Origin: the human T2T-CHM13v2.0 reference genome, Homo sapiens
Assembly: GCF_009914755.1 (NCBI RefSeq)
Contig: NC_060927.1
Direction: 5' to 3' (one strand)
DNA: 64,000 bases
Shown: piece after piece, positions 1 to 14,745 of the stretch
How the letters are laid out: every line of letters begins with the position of its first letter
Numbering within the stretch: the first letter of the stretch is position 1
The notes under the pieces: generated by a model
The model's input: the letters and a program-made list of their open reading frames with translations, nothing else
Told to the model about the DNA's origin: nothing
Databases searched by the model: none
Translations under genes and position numbers: made by a program

Positions 1-1558
<1,558 letters not shown>

Positions 1559-1559
1559 C

Positions 1560-2030
1560 AGGTACATGTTATAGCAGACACAAATATTAGTAATTAATCA
1601 AATTTTGATTTATTTTCTATTATAACAAGAAGTCTAGAGGTAAGTCTTTGCTGGCATTAGTTCAGCAGCTTGATGCTCTTTGGGCCAAGGTCTTTATGAT
1701 TCTCTTGCCTTTATGTTTGCAAGATGATGGCTACAGCTACATTTCTAGCCCTTCTACCTGTATCTCAGACAGGATAAAGGAAAAAGGAGAAAAAAAAGGT
1801 GTGTGCTAGCTGAGTCTTTTAAGAATTTTTCCAGAAGCCCTACTCAATGACTTCTGCTCATATTTTCTGAACCGGAACTCTATGTCATGTGGCTACTGCT
1901 ATATGTAAGGAAACCTGGGTAACATAAGTTTTATCTGTAAACATTACTGTGCCCTCTGAAATGTGGACTCTGTTAATAAAATAAAAAGAAAAGAAGGATA
2001 TTGGTTTGGAAGCTAGCAGTATATACCACA
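1560..2030 (-). mobile_element. MaLR LTR, MLT1J-like
   Basis: Motifs 'ataacaagaagtctagagg', 'ccagaagccc...gacttctgctca' and terminal 'ggatattgg...ctagcagt...ccaca' resemble the recalled MLT1J consensus. Confidence 0.7.
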
Positions 2031-2820
2031 ACTACATCCCAAGAGCTAAAAATAAAAAGTGAATTGACAGATCCTTCCTCAGTGGGTAGATTCTATTTTG
2101 CTTCATACAGCAAAATAGAAGCTTGGGAACTTCCTGTTCCAAAGAGATGTTTAAAGAGCATGCCTCAAAAGGTAACCTTACTTAAGGAGACTGGGGAAGA
2201 CAACATATTTTAGACACTGGAGTTTACCCAGAGCACAGTTACTATTTTAATTCGTTTGCAACCTGAGGAAATTTTTAGCAGTTGGCAGCTGTGCTGCTTC
2301 AAGACTGCGTTTTGGCTCTCCTGTTGATTACTGCTCCTGGTTTCCTGCTGTTGGAGCACACTGTTTTCTTTCACTCAGAGACATCTTGTTCTTTTCTGAG
2401 TCACTACACCATTACTCATCTTGAGTTGGTTCCTTGTTGGGTTTCATAAGGTTATCCAGAGAGATGCAGGGACATGAAAAACACTGAACTTGGGAAGATC
2501 AAGTGTAGGGTGTTAAGAGATATGAGCTGTTTGTGCTTTTTTCCAGGGTCACACTGAGCAAGTCAGGACTTTTAAATTTGTAAATCAATGAGTAGCCCCT
2601 CCACTTTCTGCTATAAGATGAAAAGGAAATTCACTTGTTCCTTGAGAAAACTAGGGCTCTAGATAACTGTGGTTGTAATTTATACCAAGAGTAACATGGA
2701 GGGTGGAATTGAAGCCAGGTGCACTCAGGTGGGCATTATAGTAATCCAAGTGAAAGATTATGAGAGAAAATAGGAGATTCATTGGTGGGAGCTCAACCAT
2801 GGCGGCAAGCAGCATATTGA

Positions 2821-3370
2821 TTCTTCAGAGAGCTAAAAACAGAACTACCATTTCACCCAGCAATCCCATTTCTGGGTATATACCCAGAGGAATATAAATT
2901 ATTCTACCGTAAAGACACATGCATGCAAATGTTCACTGCAGCACTATTCACAATAGCAGAGACATGGAATCAATCTAAATGTCCATCAGTGACAGACTGG
3001 ATAAATAAAATGTGGTACATGTACACCATGAAATACTATTCAGCCATAAAAAAAGAATGAGATCATGTCTGTTGCAGGAACATGGATGGAGCTGGAGTCT
3101 ATCGTCCTTAGCAAACCAATGCAGGAACAGAAAACCAAATGTTCTCACTTATAAGTGGGAGCTGAATGATAAGAACTCAGGGACACAAAGAAGAGAACAA
3201 TAGGCATTGAGGTCTCCTTGAGGGTAAAGGGTGGGAGGAGGGAGAGGAGCAGAAAAAAAATGACTATTGTGTCATAAAATAATCTGTACAACAAACCCGT
3301 GTGACGTAAGTTTACCTATATAACAAACCTGCACATGTACCTCTAAAACTAAAAAGTTAAAAGAAAAATA
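2821..3370 (+). mobile_element. 5'-truncated L1PA13-16-like 3' end
   Basis: 'cagaactaccatttcacccagcaatccca...', 'aataatctgtacaacaaaccc...acctgcacatgtacc' and an A-rich tail. Confidence 0.9.
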
Positions 3371-3539
3371 AATCAATGAGCCCAGTAGAAGTCCCTCAAG
3401 TCTTATTGTTGGTGGTAAAAAGTTCTTTTGTTGTCGATGAAGAAATTATTTCTTTCACATATTTTCTTAGGTATCACCTGTCAGTAGGTACACATAGGTA
3501 CCCATATTAGTAAACGAAACAAAGCAAAACAAACAATAA

Positions 3540-3790
3540 CAAATATCGAACACTTGTTGAGCATTTCTTATATGCCAGGAACTCTTTCAAGCTCTTTACT
3601 TATTTAATCCTCACAACAGCTCTAAATTAGGTCTCGTGATTATCCCTATTTTGCAGATGAGAAAACAGATCCGGAGATGTTAGTAAATCATTTGCACAAG
3701 GTCACATAACCAGTTAGTGTGGAACCTGAATTTGAATCCAGGTTTAATTATCAAGTTCACATGATCAACAACAACATGATATTGTCTCAT
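3540..3790 (-). mobile_element. MIR SINE
   Basis: Core 'tttgcagatgagaaaacaga...cacaaggtcaca...atttgaatccagg'. Confidence 0.85.
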
Positions 3791-3799
3791 TACAGTGTG

Positions 3800-5443
3800 A
3801 ACAACACCAGTTACACTGACTCTGGCCTCTCCTGTTTTCACAGAACCTCAATTTCTTGTAATGTGCCCCTGAAGAATTTTTGCCAACAGAGATGGTCTCA
3901 CATGCCATCACAAACCACTTAACTATTGTGGGGCACCACTGCTCGATCCTTCTATGTCCTTAGGCACTGATGGATCCTGGAAACCTTGTAAAGCCCTGCT
4001 GTGGGGTGGGTTGTAGCAAAAAGGAGGACTCCATTTTTCTGCTGTGCTACACTCTGGGAGCAAGACCTCAAAGCTGTACTAAGGTCTTGCTGAGTTTTAA
4101 GCCTCCTTTTCAGATTTTTACTTACAGCCTTTCTCTTCTCTCTAGGACCCAATTATGAGTACAACTGGAGATATATCAGAGTAACAGCCCCCATTTTGGG
4201 CTCATACTTCCCTGTCCATCTCCCACTAAAACTTAATCTTTTGTTATTAGCCAAACTCAGTATGCATGGCTCCTTCTCAGACCTGAGTTTTCTCCTTAGA
4301 GGCTGCTCAGGCACACAAGAAATGGGCTTCTATGCAACCTATTCTTCAGTTTCCTAAACAATAAGGCATGTCTGAATCCCACAGCAGGCCCATTCCAGAA
4401 CTCCCAGTACCATCCCATGAGACACCACCAGTTCCACAAATCATAGCCTTCCCTCTATCTACACTCCCACAGCTGCTGTGAACTCCATCAAGCCCAGAGT
4501 AGAAAAAAAAGGCTGCTTTTCTGACTTGCACCTACTCAAGCCAGGGTGTAACACTCTTGAGTAACAAACTTAAGTAACACTCCAGACATTACAGTTTTCT
4601 TGCTTTCCTCTGACAAGTCGTAATGAACAGTCTGTTCTGCTTATCTTCCTTAACCTGGTGGTAAAAACTTATGTACATGAGGCTCACTGGGCAAAGAGGC
4701 TTTGTCTCAGGGAAGAGCAGAACTACCTTCATCCCCAAATCTTTCGCTTCTGTGCACAGGGATTTACATTTCTGGACCACATTCTCATCTGTATGTTTTA
4801 CAAAGGCATGAGTGATGGCTTTGCTGTGATTCACGCAATTTGCACTTTTAGTATAAAAATGGAAAATGGCTATTGTCTCTTCACCTCCCTGTCACTGAGT
4901 AGCCTCACCTGGCAATTCTTCCTGCCTCCCTGGAAGCCTGAGCTTTCTCAAAAGCATCTCACTGTGAACACCCTCTGCGACCCTTTCATTCAAGTAGCTT
5001 TCACCTACCTGCCTTTTCGCCTCCTCCTTACATCTTTGTCCTCCATTTTATCCTCAACAGAACTAAAATCCCCCCCTCTGTCTTTTGGTGTGTGTTTAGA
5101 AGGTAACTTGCTCTCCTCTATGTTTCCCTACAAGCATATAAGAAAACTTTGGTATTGGGGGTAGTGACAGAGGCATCTGGGGAAGCCTCCTAGGTCCTGG
5201 ATACCCTCAAATACCAACGCCTTGGTAAACTTTGCTTTATCCTTCTTGTCTTTTTGTTCACTTTCCACATCTACACATCTAGCTGTGTAGCCAATACGAG
5301 ATTAATTCCTCCACCCCACTCCACGCCAGACGACCTATGCAGTATGAGGAGCTGTTCGTCCATGGCAAACCTTGGGTTCTGGCTGATCATCAGAGGAGTC
5401 TTTAGTGGGCAACTGGTTTTGGCACTTTTAGGTTAACCCCAGC
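3800..5443 (-). mobile_element. Possible degraded Gypsy-type (MamGyp-like) internal gag region
   Basis: Minus-strand translation WDSDMPYCLGN*RIGCIEAHF has zinc-knuckle spacing. Upstream fragments QVRLLSDRE, AITHAFVKH..ENVVQ and VFTTRLR fall in capsid-like order. Heavily decayed. Confidence 0.4.
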
Positions 5444-5980
5444 TGTGATGGTTAATTTGAAGTATCAACTTGACTGGATTGAAGGATGCCTACATGGCTG
5501 TTGAAGTATTGTTTCTGGATATGTCTGTGCAGGTGTTTTTGGAGGAGATTGGCACATAAGTCAGCAGACTGAGTGGGGAAGACCTTCCCTCAGTGTGGGC
5601 AAGTACCATCCAATCAGCTGGGGGCCTGACTAGGACAAAGCAGGCAGAAACAGAGGAATATTCAGGTCATGCTGCTTCCTTTCTTTTTTTCCCCACTAGA
5701 GTGGAACACTCTTCTCCTCCTGCCCTTGGACATCAGAACACCAGGTTCTTTGGCCTTTGGACCCTGGGACTGGCACCAGTGGCCTTCTGGGGGCTCTTGG
5801 GCCTTTGGCCTCAGGTATCATCAGTTTCCTTGGTTCTTAGACCTTCCAACTTGGGGTGAGCTATACAACCAACTTGTCTGGTTTTCCAGCTTGCAGACAG
5901 TCTATAGTGGGACTTCTCAGCCTCCATACTGGGTGAGCCAATTCCTCTAATAAAGCTCCTCTCATATATCTCTATATCTA

Positions 5981-6030
<50 letters not shown>

Positions 6031-6070
6031 ATCTAATCTATCTCCTATTGGTTCTGTCTCCTTAAAGAAC
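5444..6070 (+). mobile_element. ERVL LTR, MLT2 family (solo)
   Basis: Starts 'tgtgatggttaattt..gt.tcaacttgactggattgaaggatgcc'; AATAAA near 5949; ends 'tcctattggttctgtctc'. Confidence 0.9.
5983..6030. repeat. (TATC)12 tetranucleotide microsatellite inside MLT2
   Basis: 12 perfect TATC units counted directly. Confidence 0.97.
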
Positions 6071-6414
6071 AACCATAGCTTCCAAGAATCTTATGCCACT
6101 TTGAGGAGGCATATAATATTTTAACAAATTCGGTGTCCATAGGGGAGGGCTTAACAACTAAACTTCCAGGGCTAACTTCTCAGTCAATTTGGGAAGGAGT
6201 TTGCAATATTTTATAACATTGGGCAGTCAATAAAATTTATATAAGACTTCTGTGGGTATAACTGAGTACACCCAGCCACATGGATTCTGAAGGCCCCTGC
6301 AGGGTGGTTTTCATAACTCCTCACTTCCCTGGGGCTAGCACAGCCATACATTCATCTCTTGGTATTGTTTGGCAAGGAATTTGGCAAGTTGTTAAGGAGG
6401 AAATGACAACTCCT

Positions 6415-6655
6415 ATAATAATAATAATAATAATAATAGGTATATGTCAAAAGCACTTGCCATGTGCCAGACACTCTAGTAGAGACCTTCTGTACATCAT
6501 TTCATTTTATAATCAGATAATGAGTTAGGTATTTTCCACATTTTACATATGACTAAACTTAGACTAAGTAACGTATTCAGGGTCACCTAATTTCCAACTT
6601 CCTCAGTGGGTGTGGCTCTAAAGCTCGTACAATTTCCGCTATGTTCACTGCTACT
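6415..6655 (-). mobile_element. MIR SINE with (ATA)n tail
   Basis: 'gcacttgccatgtgccagacact...attttacatatgactaaactt...cagggtcac'. Confidence 0.7.
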
Positions 6656-6954
6656 CATAGGAACCTGGGAAATGGAGATGAGTAGAAAGACAACCCTGCA
6701 AGCTCAGAAATTAATATTGACGTTCCATAGAAGTGCTCCTAAATGGTAATCCGAATTCTGGGCTGCTGCTGGAAAATAGCCTTTTGTCTCGAAAACCCAG
6801 TTAGAGCCTTCCACCAATTACATAGGCTTTACGAGATAGGGAGGATGGAGGATAGTAGGATGCTGGACTGAAAAGCACTTTGTGGTGGTCTACCTTGGGA
6901 CCTCTGGTCAGCAGCTACTGGTTGTTCCTTCTTTTTCCTTCTCCTCCCTCATTT

Positions 6955-7075
6955 TCCCCATTAGAATGTAAGCTTCTTGAAGGAAAAGGGCTTGTTTATT
7001 GCTGTATAACTAGAAAGGATAGTGCCAGGCACATTCAACAATATTTGTTGAAAGAATGAAAAACTGAATGAAAAA
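6955..7075 (+). mobile_element. L2 3' end
   Basis: 'tagaatgtaagcttcttgaagg...tagtgccaggcacattcaacaatatttgttgaaagaatgaa'. Confidence 0.8.
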
Positions 7076-9054
7076 GTATTTGGCAGCTCTCTGAAAACCA
7101 GCTACTTCTGACACCTAGAAACCCAGGTAATCTATTGTGTATCTGATGTTTATTGATTGCCCTGATCTTACCACTGCCATGTAACAGGAAAATCCTGCCT
7201 TCTACTAGGGAGTTGCTGAGACCCCCTAAACAGGCAAAGAACCAAAGACACCATCAGTTTCCTTGCTTCTTAGATTTACAGGGATTACAGGTATTGAGCT
7301 CGAGGGCTTGGTCCCCTGTGTGTGTCTAATCTTCAAGACTCGAGCGCCTCCTGATTTCTCAGTGAAAGAGGAAGCACCCCGATGACATCCATCACATCTT
7401 TTCCAGGAGCCCTTTTTGTATGATAAGCATTTTGTTCTTGCAGTAAATCTCAAGTTTGTTTCCTCGCTGTGTCTGGCCAATCTCTAGACAAACCTTACTT
7501 CTAGCCTTACTTTTCCTGATTGAAACTTCCCCATTCTAAAAACCAAAACCCCAAAACCAAAATCAAACCCATCAACAACAAAATATTGGTGCAGTCATAG
7601 TTCTGCACCATTATTAGAAGCATAGAAGCAAAAGTCCTATGGTAGAAGTTTCCTTGACATCTGGTTTTTATTCATTAGGCAGGAGTCCTGACCTGACTTT
7701 TGTAAGATTTCTTGTAGATAAACTATTTTTATGGCACTGAGAGAAAACAAATACATATCCTCCATAACTTAAATAAAATAAAAATGTAAACTTCAAATAT
7801 TCACAGGAAGGAGACGCCCAGTGCATTCTCTAGATCTTGTGTACTTACCTTTCTATAGAATCTTGTAAATACGGAGTCCGGTTTTTGATGTGCCAGGTTT
7901 TCTTTCACTATTAAATTGCTTTAGGAGAATTTTGTAAATGGACATAAACAACAGGTATACATACACCTGTTGGTGTAAATGAACAGCGCCTTCTGGAAGG
8001 AGGGCTCCTAATGAGTTAGTCCTTGAGCCCTGGGCTGGGATACCCTCTTCCCTGAGGCCAGTCTCCCAGCCAGGGTTGTAAACCAGACCCCAGCACCAAA
8101 ACCACTGGCTTTGTAAGCAGAGTAGTAAGTTTCCTAATTCCTTCCCAAGAAAAATGTGATGGTCCTCTGGGAGTGGTTTGAAAAGCATTTCTCAGAGTAA
8201 TTTAGTGGGTGGGAGCTTAGAAGGGAGAGCAATTACTTTGTTGATTGAATGAGGATGTTTGAGGCAACATATACCTGTAACAGTGTAAAGACACGTCAAG
8301 GATGTTGATTTTTCTAGGTTGTCAGTGAGTTTGTCTTCATGCTTGAATGAAGTGCGCTGACATGCAGAGAACAGAGTTATATGACTAATTTCAGTTTATT
8401 GGTAATGTGAAGGTAGCAATAGGAATGCTTTTATGACATTGCATGATTTCAAGTTGTATTCAATTATCTTTACATATTTAACATTTCTCTCATTAACATG
8501 CTCATTCTGTCTGGCTTCTCTCTTTTTCTTTCTTTAGTTTTGCTGTTCATATCAGCACAAAAAATGTATTAATTTTTTTCTACAATAGAAGTAAATTGTT
8601 TTACTTTCTCTCTGCACATACTGTGTGACCATAATGTACTTCAAAGAGGGAAACAGAAAAAGGAAATTAATCATAACATCTGTTTGTTTCTAAGGTGCTT
8701 ATAAATAATGGAATTTCTGTGAATAAAATAAGCTTTAGCTTAAAAATCTAAAAAAATCAATGCTCTTGGAAGATACACCCTGCATACTCTGTGGCTTTGG
8801 GTATCTACTGGTCTACCATCACATATTCCCAGAGGTACAAATATCTCACGCTTAAAAATAACTAGAAAGTGTATTTGTTGAATGAATAAATGATAGGAAC
8901 TTAAGAGGTGGGAGAAAATGTAGAGGTTAGACATACAATTTCTCTATAATTCAGGTATTCCTTCTGTAGTATTCTTGACAGCCATTCTCTCAGCCTTTAT
9001 TTACAGTGATGGGCAGATTGCTACCTCACAAAGGAGTTCAATGTCTTTTTTGTT

Positions 9055-10040
<986 letters not shown>

Positions 10041-10679
10041 TGAATTCAATTTATTTTTTCCTTGTTTTGTTTTCTCTTACACCAAGTGGAAATCTGATCT
10101 CCTGTAAGTTCTCTGCATTGCTGACCTGATCTTCTGTTCCATGTGATAACTCTTTTCCATGTGATAACTATTCAAGTACCTATTGAAGACAAGGTATCAA
10201 GGAATTCCTATGGTTTCTCTATTTTAGGCTAAAAATCACCAATTCTGCCAATTTTCCTCATGTTGTAGGATTCTTAGTACATTCGGTTTTCTGGTTCTCA
10301 ACCTTTTGGTAAGCTCTACTTTATAAAACAAAGTGACCGAGTACAGAGGAACCATCACTCTCCCTGTTCTGGGCAAGTTAAATCCTGTAAATGTCTTCTG
10401 AGTCCATTGTCACTCTTGGAAATTTTGGTACTCAATTTATTTAAAAATTTTATGTTTATTTTACCAAAATAGTTGTTAGGCTAGTCTCCTCCAAACTGTA
10501 CTTTTCCAGAGGATTTTCAGAATTTAAAACCTAGATTTTCTTACATATACTTTTTAAGCTTCCTCTTGTACATTATGGGCTATTGTTCTAGCATGTTGAA
10601 ATAGGCTTTTTTTCTTTTGAATATTGGTTTTTTAAATCAAATATACAGTATTTGCCATTGCTCCTTGTTTAAAATGTTG

Positions 10680-10976
10680 TTCTTAGGCTAAAGAGCCATC
10701 CGTTTATAACAGAACTTTTAGAAAGTACAGACGAGCTAAAATAAGAAAACAAAGATGATTCCTAACTCATTGTCAGGGAGATAAATATTATTACCAGAGA
10801 TACATATTATTAACATTTTAGTGTATGTCTGCACAGTGTTCTTCTCTATGCACATATGTATATTATATTATTACATTTGCAATATAGTACATGTGCATTT
10901 ATTTCAAATTATTATTATATTACATAGTTTTTTTATAATTTGCTTTTTTCCTCACTTTATTCAAATTTTATTTGAC
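10680..10976 (-). mobile_element. L1ME-like 3' fragment
   Basis: 'tttagaaagtacagacgagctaaaataagaaaacaaa...ttaacatttta' resembles L1ME3/4 3' ends. Confidence 0.55.
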
Positions 10977-11273
10977 TTTTTTTTTTTTTTTGTGACGGAG
11001 TCTTGCACTGTCACCCAGGCTGGAGTGCAATGGTGTGATCTCAGTTTGCTGTGACCTCCGCCTCCCAGGTTCAAGCGATTCTCCTGCCTCAGCCTCTGAG
11101 TAGCCAGGGTTACTGGCGCACGTCACCACACCCAGCTAATTTTTTTGTATCTTTAGTAGAAATGGGGTTTCACCATGTTGGCCAGGCTGGTCTCGAACTC
11201 CTGACCTCGTGATCCACCCTGCCTCAGCCTCCCGAAGTGCTGGGATTACACCTGTGAACCACTGCTCCCGGCC
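10977..11273 (-). mobile_element. AluS (Sg-like)
   Basis: Full dimer with poly(T) head; 'ctcgaactcctgacctcgtgatcc'. Confidence 0.95.
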
Positions 11274-11784
11274 CAACATATTTTTTAAAAAATCCACAAT
11301 GTGCATAACATTGTGCTGGCTGCTGGAAATACAGTGGTGACCAATTTTGATATATTTTAGCAAACTGATCTCCAGAAGGTTATAAAATAAGCTCAAAATT
11401 ACTTTGTAATTTGAAAACTTCATAACCATTCTTTTTGTCAGACAAATTACTGATAAAAATATTTAGCAAGAGAAGGTCAATGACAAGATTTTGGGATAAA
11501 CTAGTAGATCATTCTTTCCCAAATTATATTAGTTCATCAATCAGCACTCTGTGGGGACTGTTGTTTGTTCAATTACATTATGTCATGTTCCTATTTCTTC
11601 ATTTTTATCAACTAGGGTTTCATAAGGAATTTTGTTGGATATTTTGCCGAAATCAAGAGAGTCTGTTGACAGCAATTCCCGTCTCCAACAGTGTAACAGT
11701 TCTATCAAATGATAGAGATTTTATTAGTTCAGTGTAACATTCTCAATTAATTATATGGCTTATGGTGATTACTATTTTCTTGAA

Positions 11785-11991
11785 CAGCACTGTCCAAGGG
11801 AACTTTCTGCAATGATGGAAATGTTCTGTGACCTGTGCTGCCCCATATGGTACCCTGCTAGCTATTTGTGACTACTAAATGCTGGAAATGTGGCTAGTAC
11901 AACTCAGTAGACAGTTTGTAAATTTTTTAAAATTTTAAATAATTTAAATTTAGTCAGATGTGACTAGTGGTTATGATATTGGATAGCACAG
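11785..11991 (+). mobile_element. MER3 (hAT-Charlie non-autonomous DNA transposon)
   Basis: 'cagcactgtccaa..aactttctgcaatgatggaaatgttct' to 'tattggatagcacag'; terminal inverted repeats. Confidence 0.9.
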
Positions 11992-12092
11992 CTTGACAAT
12001 ATCTAACAAATCATTTCTCAAATAACTTGTATAATTTAACTTGAGTTCAATATTAAACTGAGAGACTCGTGGTTCCTAAAATGTGTGATGAG

Positions 12093-12124
12093 TCTCTCTC
12101 CTCCCTCCCTCTCTCTTTTCTTTC

Positions 12125-12164
<40 letters not shown>

Positions 12165-12415
12165 TTTCTTCCTTTCTTTCCTTCTTTCTTTTCTTTGTTT
12201 CCTTCCTTCCTTCCTTCCTCCCCTCTCTCTATCCCTCCCTCCCTCTCTTTCTCCTTTCTCTCTTTCTTTCTTTTTCTTTTCTTTCTTTCTCTCTCTTTCT
12301 TTCCTTCCTTCCTTCCTTCCTCCCTTCTCTCTCTTCCTTCCTTCCTTCGTTCCTTCCTTCCTTCCTTTCTTTTTTCTCTCTTCTTTCTTTCCTTTTGTTT
12401 TCTTTTCTTTTTCTT
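12093..12415. repeat. Compound (TTTC/TTCC/CT)n pyrimidine tract
   Basis: ~320 bp almost purely C/T; abuts a short Alu 3' remnant at 12420-12458. Confidence 0.95.
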
Positions 12416-13069
12416 CACTTGCTGTCTCTATCACCCAGGCTGGAGTGTAGCGGCATGTTTACTCTGTGTTTAATTACAACTTTGTTTTTCATCTTCAGGC
12501 CCTTGCACAATTCTATCCTTCATAATTTCTTACAAATTGCTGACAGTAATTTTGTGTAAATGGTTCATATCAGCAAGTTGTTTTTACCCTTGGATATAAT
12601 TGAATCTACCAATATAATTTCTTTCAAATCAAACTGGTTTTATTTCTGTGCCTTATAATCTGAATATCTCCTTGAGGGAAAAAGAGGTAAGCAAAATGAA
12701 GTTAAAGAATTCTGGTTTCTGCTTTTAATCCTTGACATTATTTTCATCTTCCCAAAGAGTGGGCTTTCTCCTTACTTATTCTTCTTGAAGTTAATGTAGC
12801 TACTAGGGCCCTTTCTGTTGTCAATAACGTTTTTTGTTTTTCAAGCCTAGATCATTCTGGTTATTAGCCTTTCTAGTAGTAAACTTGTAGCTCTATACCA
12901 CCCTTTTATGTTCATCCATAATCATATACGTATTATTTTCTCCCCAGTTTTTTTGTGCCATTGTAAAATTTGAGTTCAATAGAAACATACGTAGCTGTAT
13001 CGATTTCTTTAACACCTGCTCCCTTTGCATGCGATGGAATCAGATTTGATTATATTTTAATTCGGTTCA

Positions 13070-13885
13070 ATCTAATCAATGGTGTTGACTGGCCCTTAAG
13101 AGCCAGATCGTGAGCCAGTGCTGGGGATTCAAAACTGAAGCACACATGAACTTTGACATCAAAGGAGTCACACTTTACTAAGAGAATCAAGCTCATAGCT
13201 CATATACCACAAGCCATGTGCAATGTGGTATGTGTTTGTTAACAGTATTCAAAATGCCCTGGGGGAGTGTAGCAGAGGGATAGGGTTAATTCTGCTAGCA
13301 GGGCATGAAGAATAGGGTAGAGAGATTGTGAAGAATCAAAGTCTGTCTGAAACAGAAGTGCTGTTTGAGTAAAAATAAATAAGAGCTTGCAGGACAGAGA
13401 AGCAGGCTAACATGGTATCCTCTGAAGAATGAATAACTTGAACAGAGGCCAGAGTAGATGATATAATCCAGGCTTTATAACTAATCCTGCAGCTGGAGTG
13501 CAATCTACTTTTTGGGAGAGTAAAGAGAGATAAGGCTGAAGTTAAGGACTGACTAAATAGTGAAAGATTTTGCATGTTATAGTAAGGAAATTGGATTTAT
13601 CCTAAATGGAATAAGCTTGAAAGTTTTTGAACAGAGGAGAAAAATGGTTAGATTCCTGTTTTTAAAAAATATTCTGGTGACATCAACTTAGGATGTGTTA
13701 GACTTAGAAAGCTTGTGGAAGGGAAATCATTAGTCAAGAGGAAGAAGAAAATACCGACTAGTTCAGCACAGAGTAACGGAGGGCAGGGGTTAGAAATGAG
13801 CTGCATTTAGGAGGTAGAACTGATAGGATTAGACGATTGATTGGTTATGAGGGAAAGAGAGAGGCAGAAAGATGATTCAGAAATC
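13070..13885 (-). mobile_element. L2 fragment
   Basis: 'ggatttatcctaaa...gtttttgaacagaggagaaaaatggttagatt' and 'catttaggaggtagaactgataggatt'. Confidence 0.75.
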
Positions 13886-14745
13886 CCTCTGTTTTGCTGT
13901 TTATATTGGAGTCCACTGTTTTTCTTAAATCACCTTCTCTTTAGGATCTCTGGATGTGAGATCATGACTGTCATTTCCCTGAATTTTTTGCAACTGTTCT
14001 CCTTTGAAACTGTTTCCTAACACTAGTGAGTGTGTACTGATTTTACCCAGTGTTCTACTCCTGATGTCCTAGAAATTCCGAGGTGTGCTCATCACATTTT
14101 TAAAAACTTCTTTATTTTGAGATCATGTTAGACTTACAGAAGAGTTGCAAAAACATTTCAGTGAGTTCTCATATCCCCTTCACTTTCCTTCCCTTTGTTA
14201 AGATCTTATGTGGCCATGGAACAATTATGAAACCAAGAAATTTACCTTAGAACTCAATTACTATTAACTAAATTACAGGATTTATTTGGATTTTGCTAGT
14301 TTTCCCACTAATGTATTTTTTTTCTGTTCCAGGATAATGCATTGCATTTAGCTGTGAAATAATAGAAAATATAAGAGGAAGTTTAGGAGCCCCTAAACTC
14401 TTTGCAGACAAAGATGCTATGATAATCATTTTTCTACTATTTGGTGTTTGACTCCAGTTTCTGACAGAGAGTCCCTAAGAGTTTTGTAATTTCCTGAATG
14501 ATAGAAACAACAAAAGAGTGATTACTGTGGACTCCTGGATAGCCTCAAGATGGGGGTTGATTGCCAGGGAAACAGTCGTGTGATTAGAGAGTTGGAAGTT
14601 TCAGCCCCTTCCCCTGACCTCCAGGGAAGGGAGAGTGGAGAGGGGCCGAAGAGGAGTTGATCACCCATAACCAATGATTTACTCAATCATGCCTATATAA
14701 TGAAGCCTTCATAAAACTCCAAAGAACAGGATTTTTTTTCTTTCC

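Larger units (their letters stand above)
10080..13070 (-). mobile_element. L3/CR1 LINE ORF2 fossil, fragmented by younger insertions
   Basis: Minus translation LDFGKISNKIPYETLVDK (~11600-11660) resembles RT motif LDFSKAFDKVPH. NVIDNRKGPSSYINFKK and a downstream 'FNxxFAxxF'-like stretch at ~12680-12830. CR1-type 'ttttaggctaaaaatcaccaattc' at ~10220. Confidence 0.7.

Noticed and set aside
4658-5164. 168-aa plus-strand ORF
   Set aside because: Non-ATG start and no recognisable domain; lies antisense to the putative decayed retroelement.
12036-12473. Four 120-134 aa ORFs (K/E/R-rich or F/L/S-rich)
   Set aside because: Translations of the pyrimidine microsatellite, which lacks stop codons by composition.
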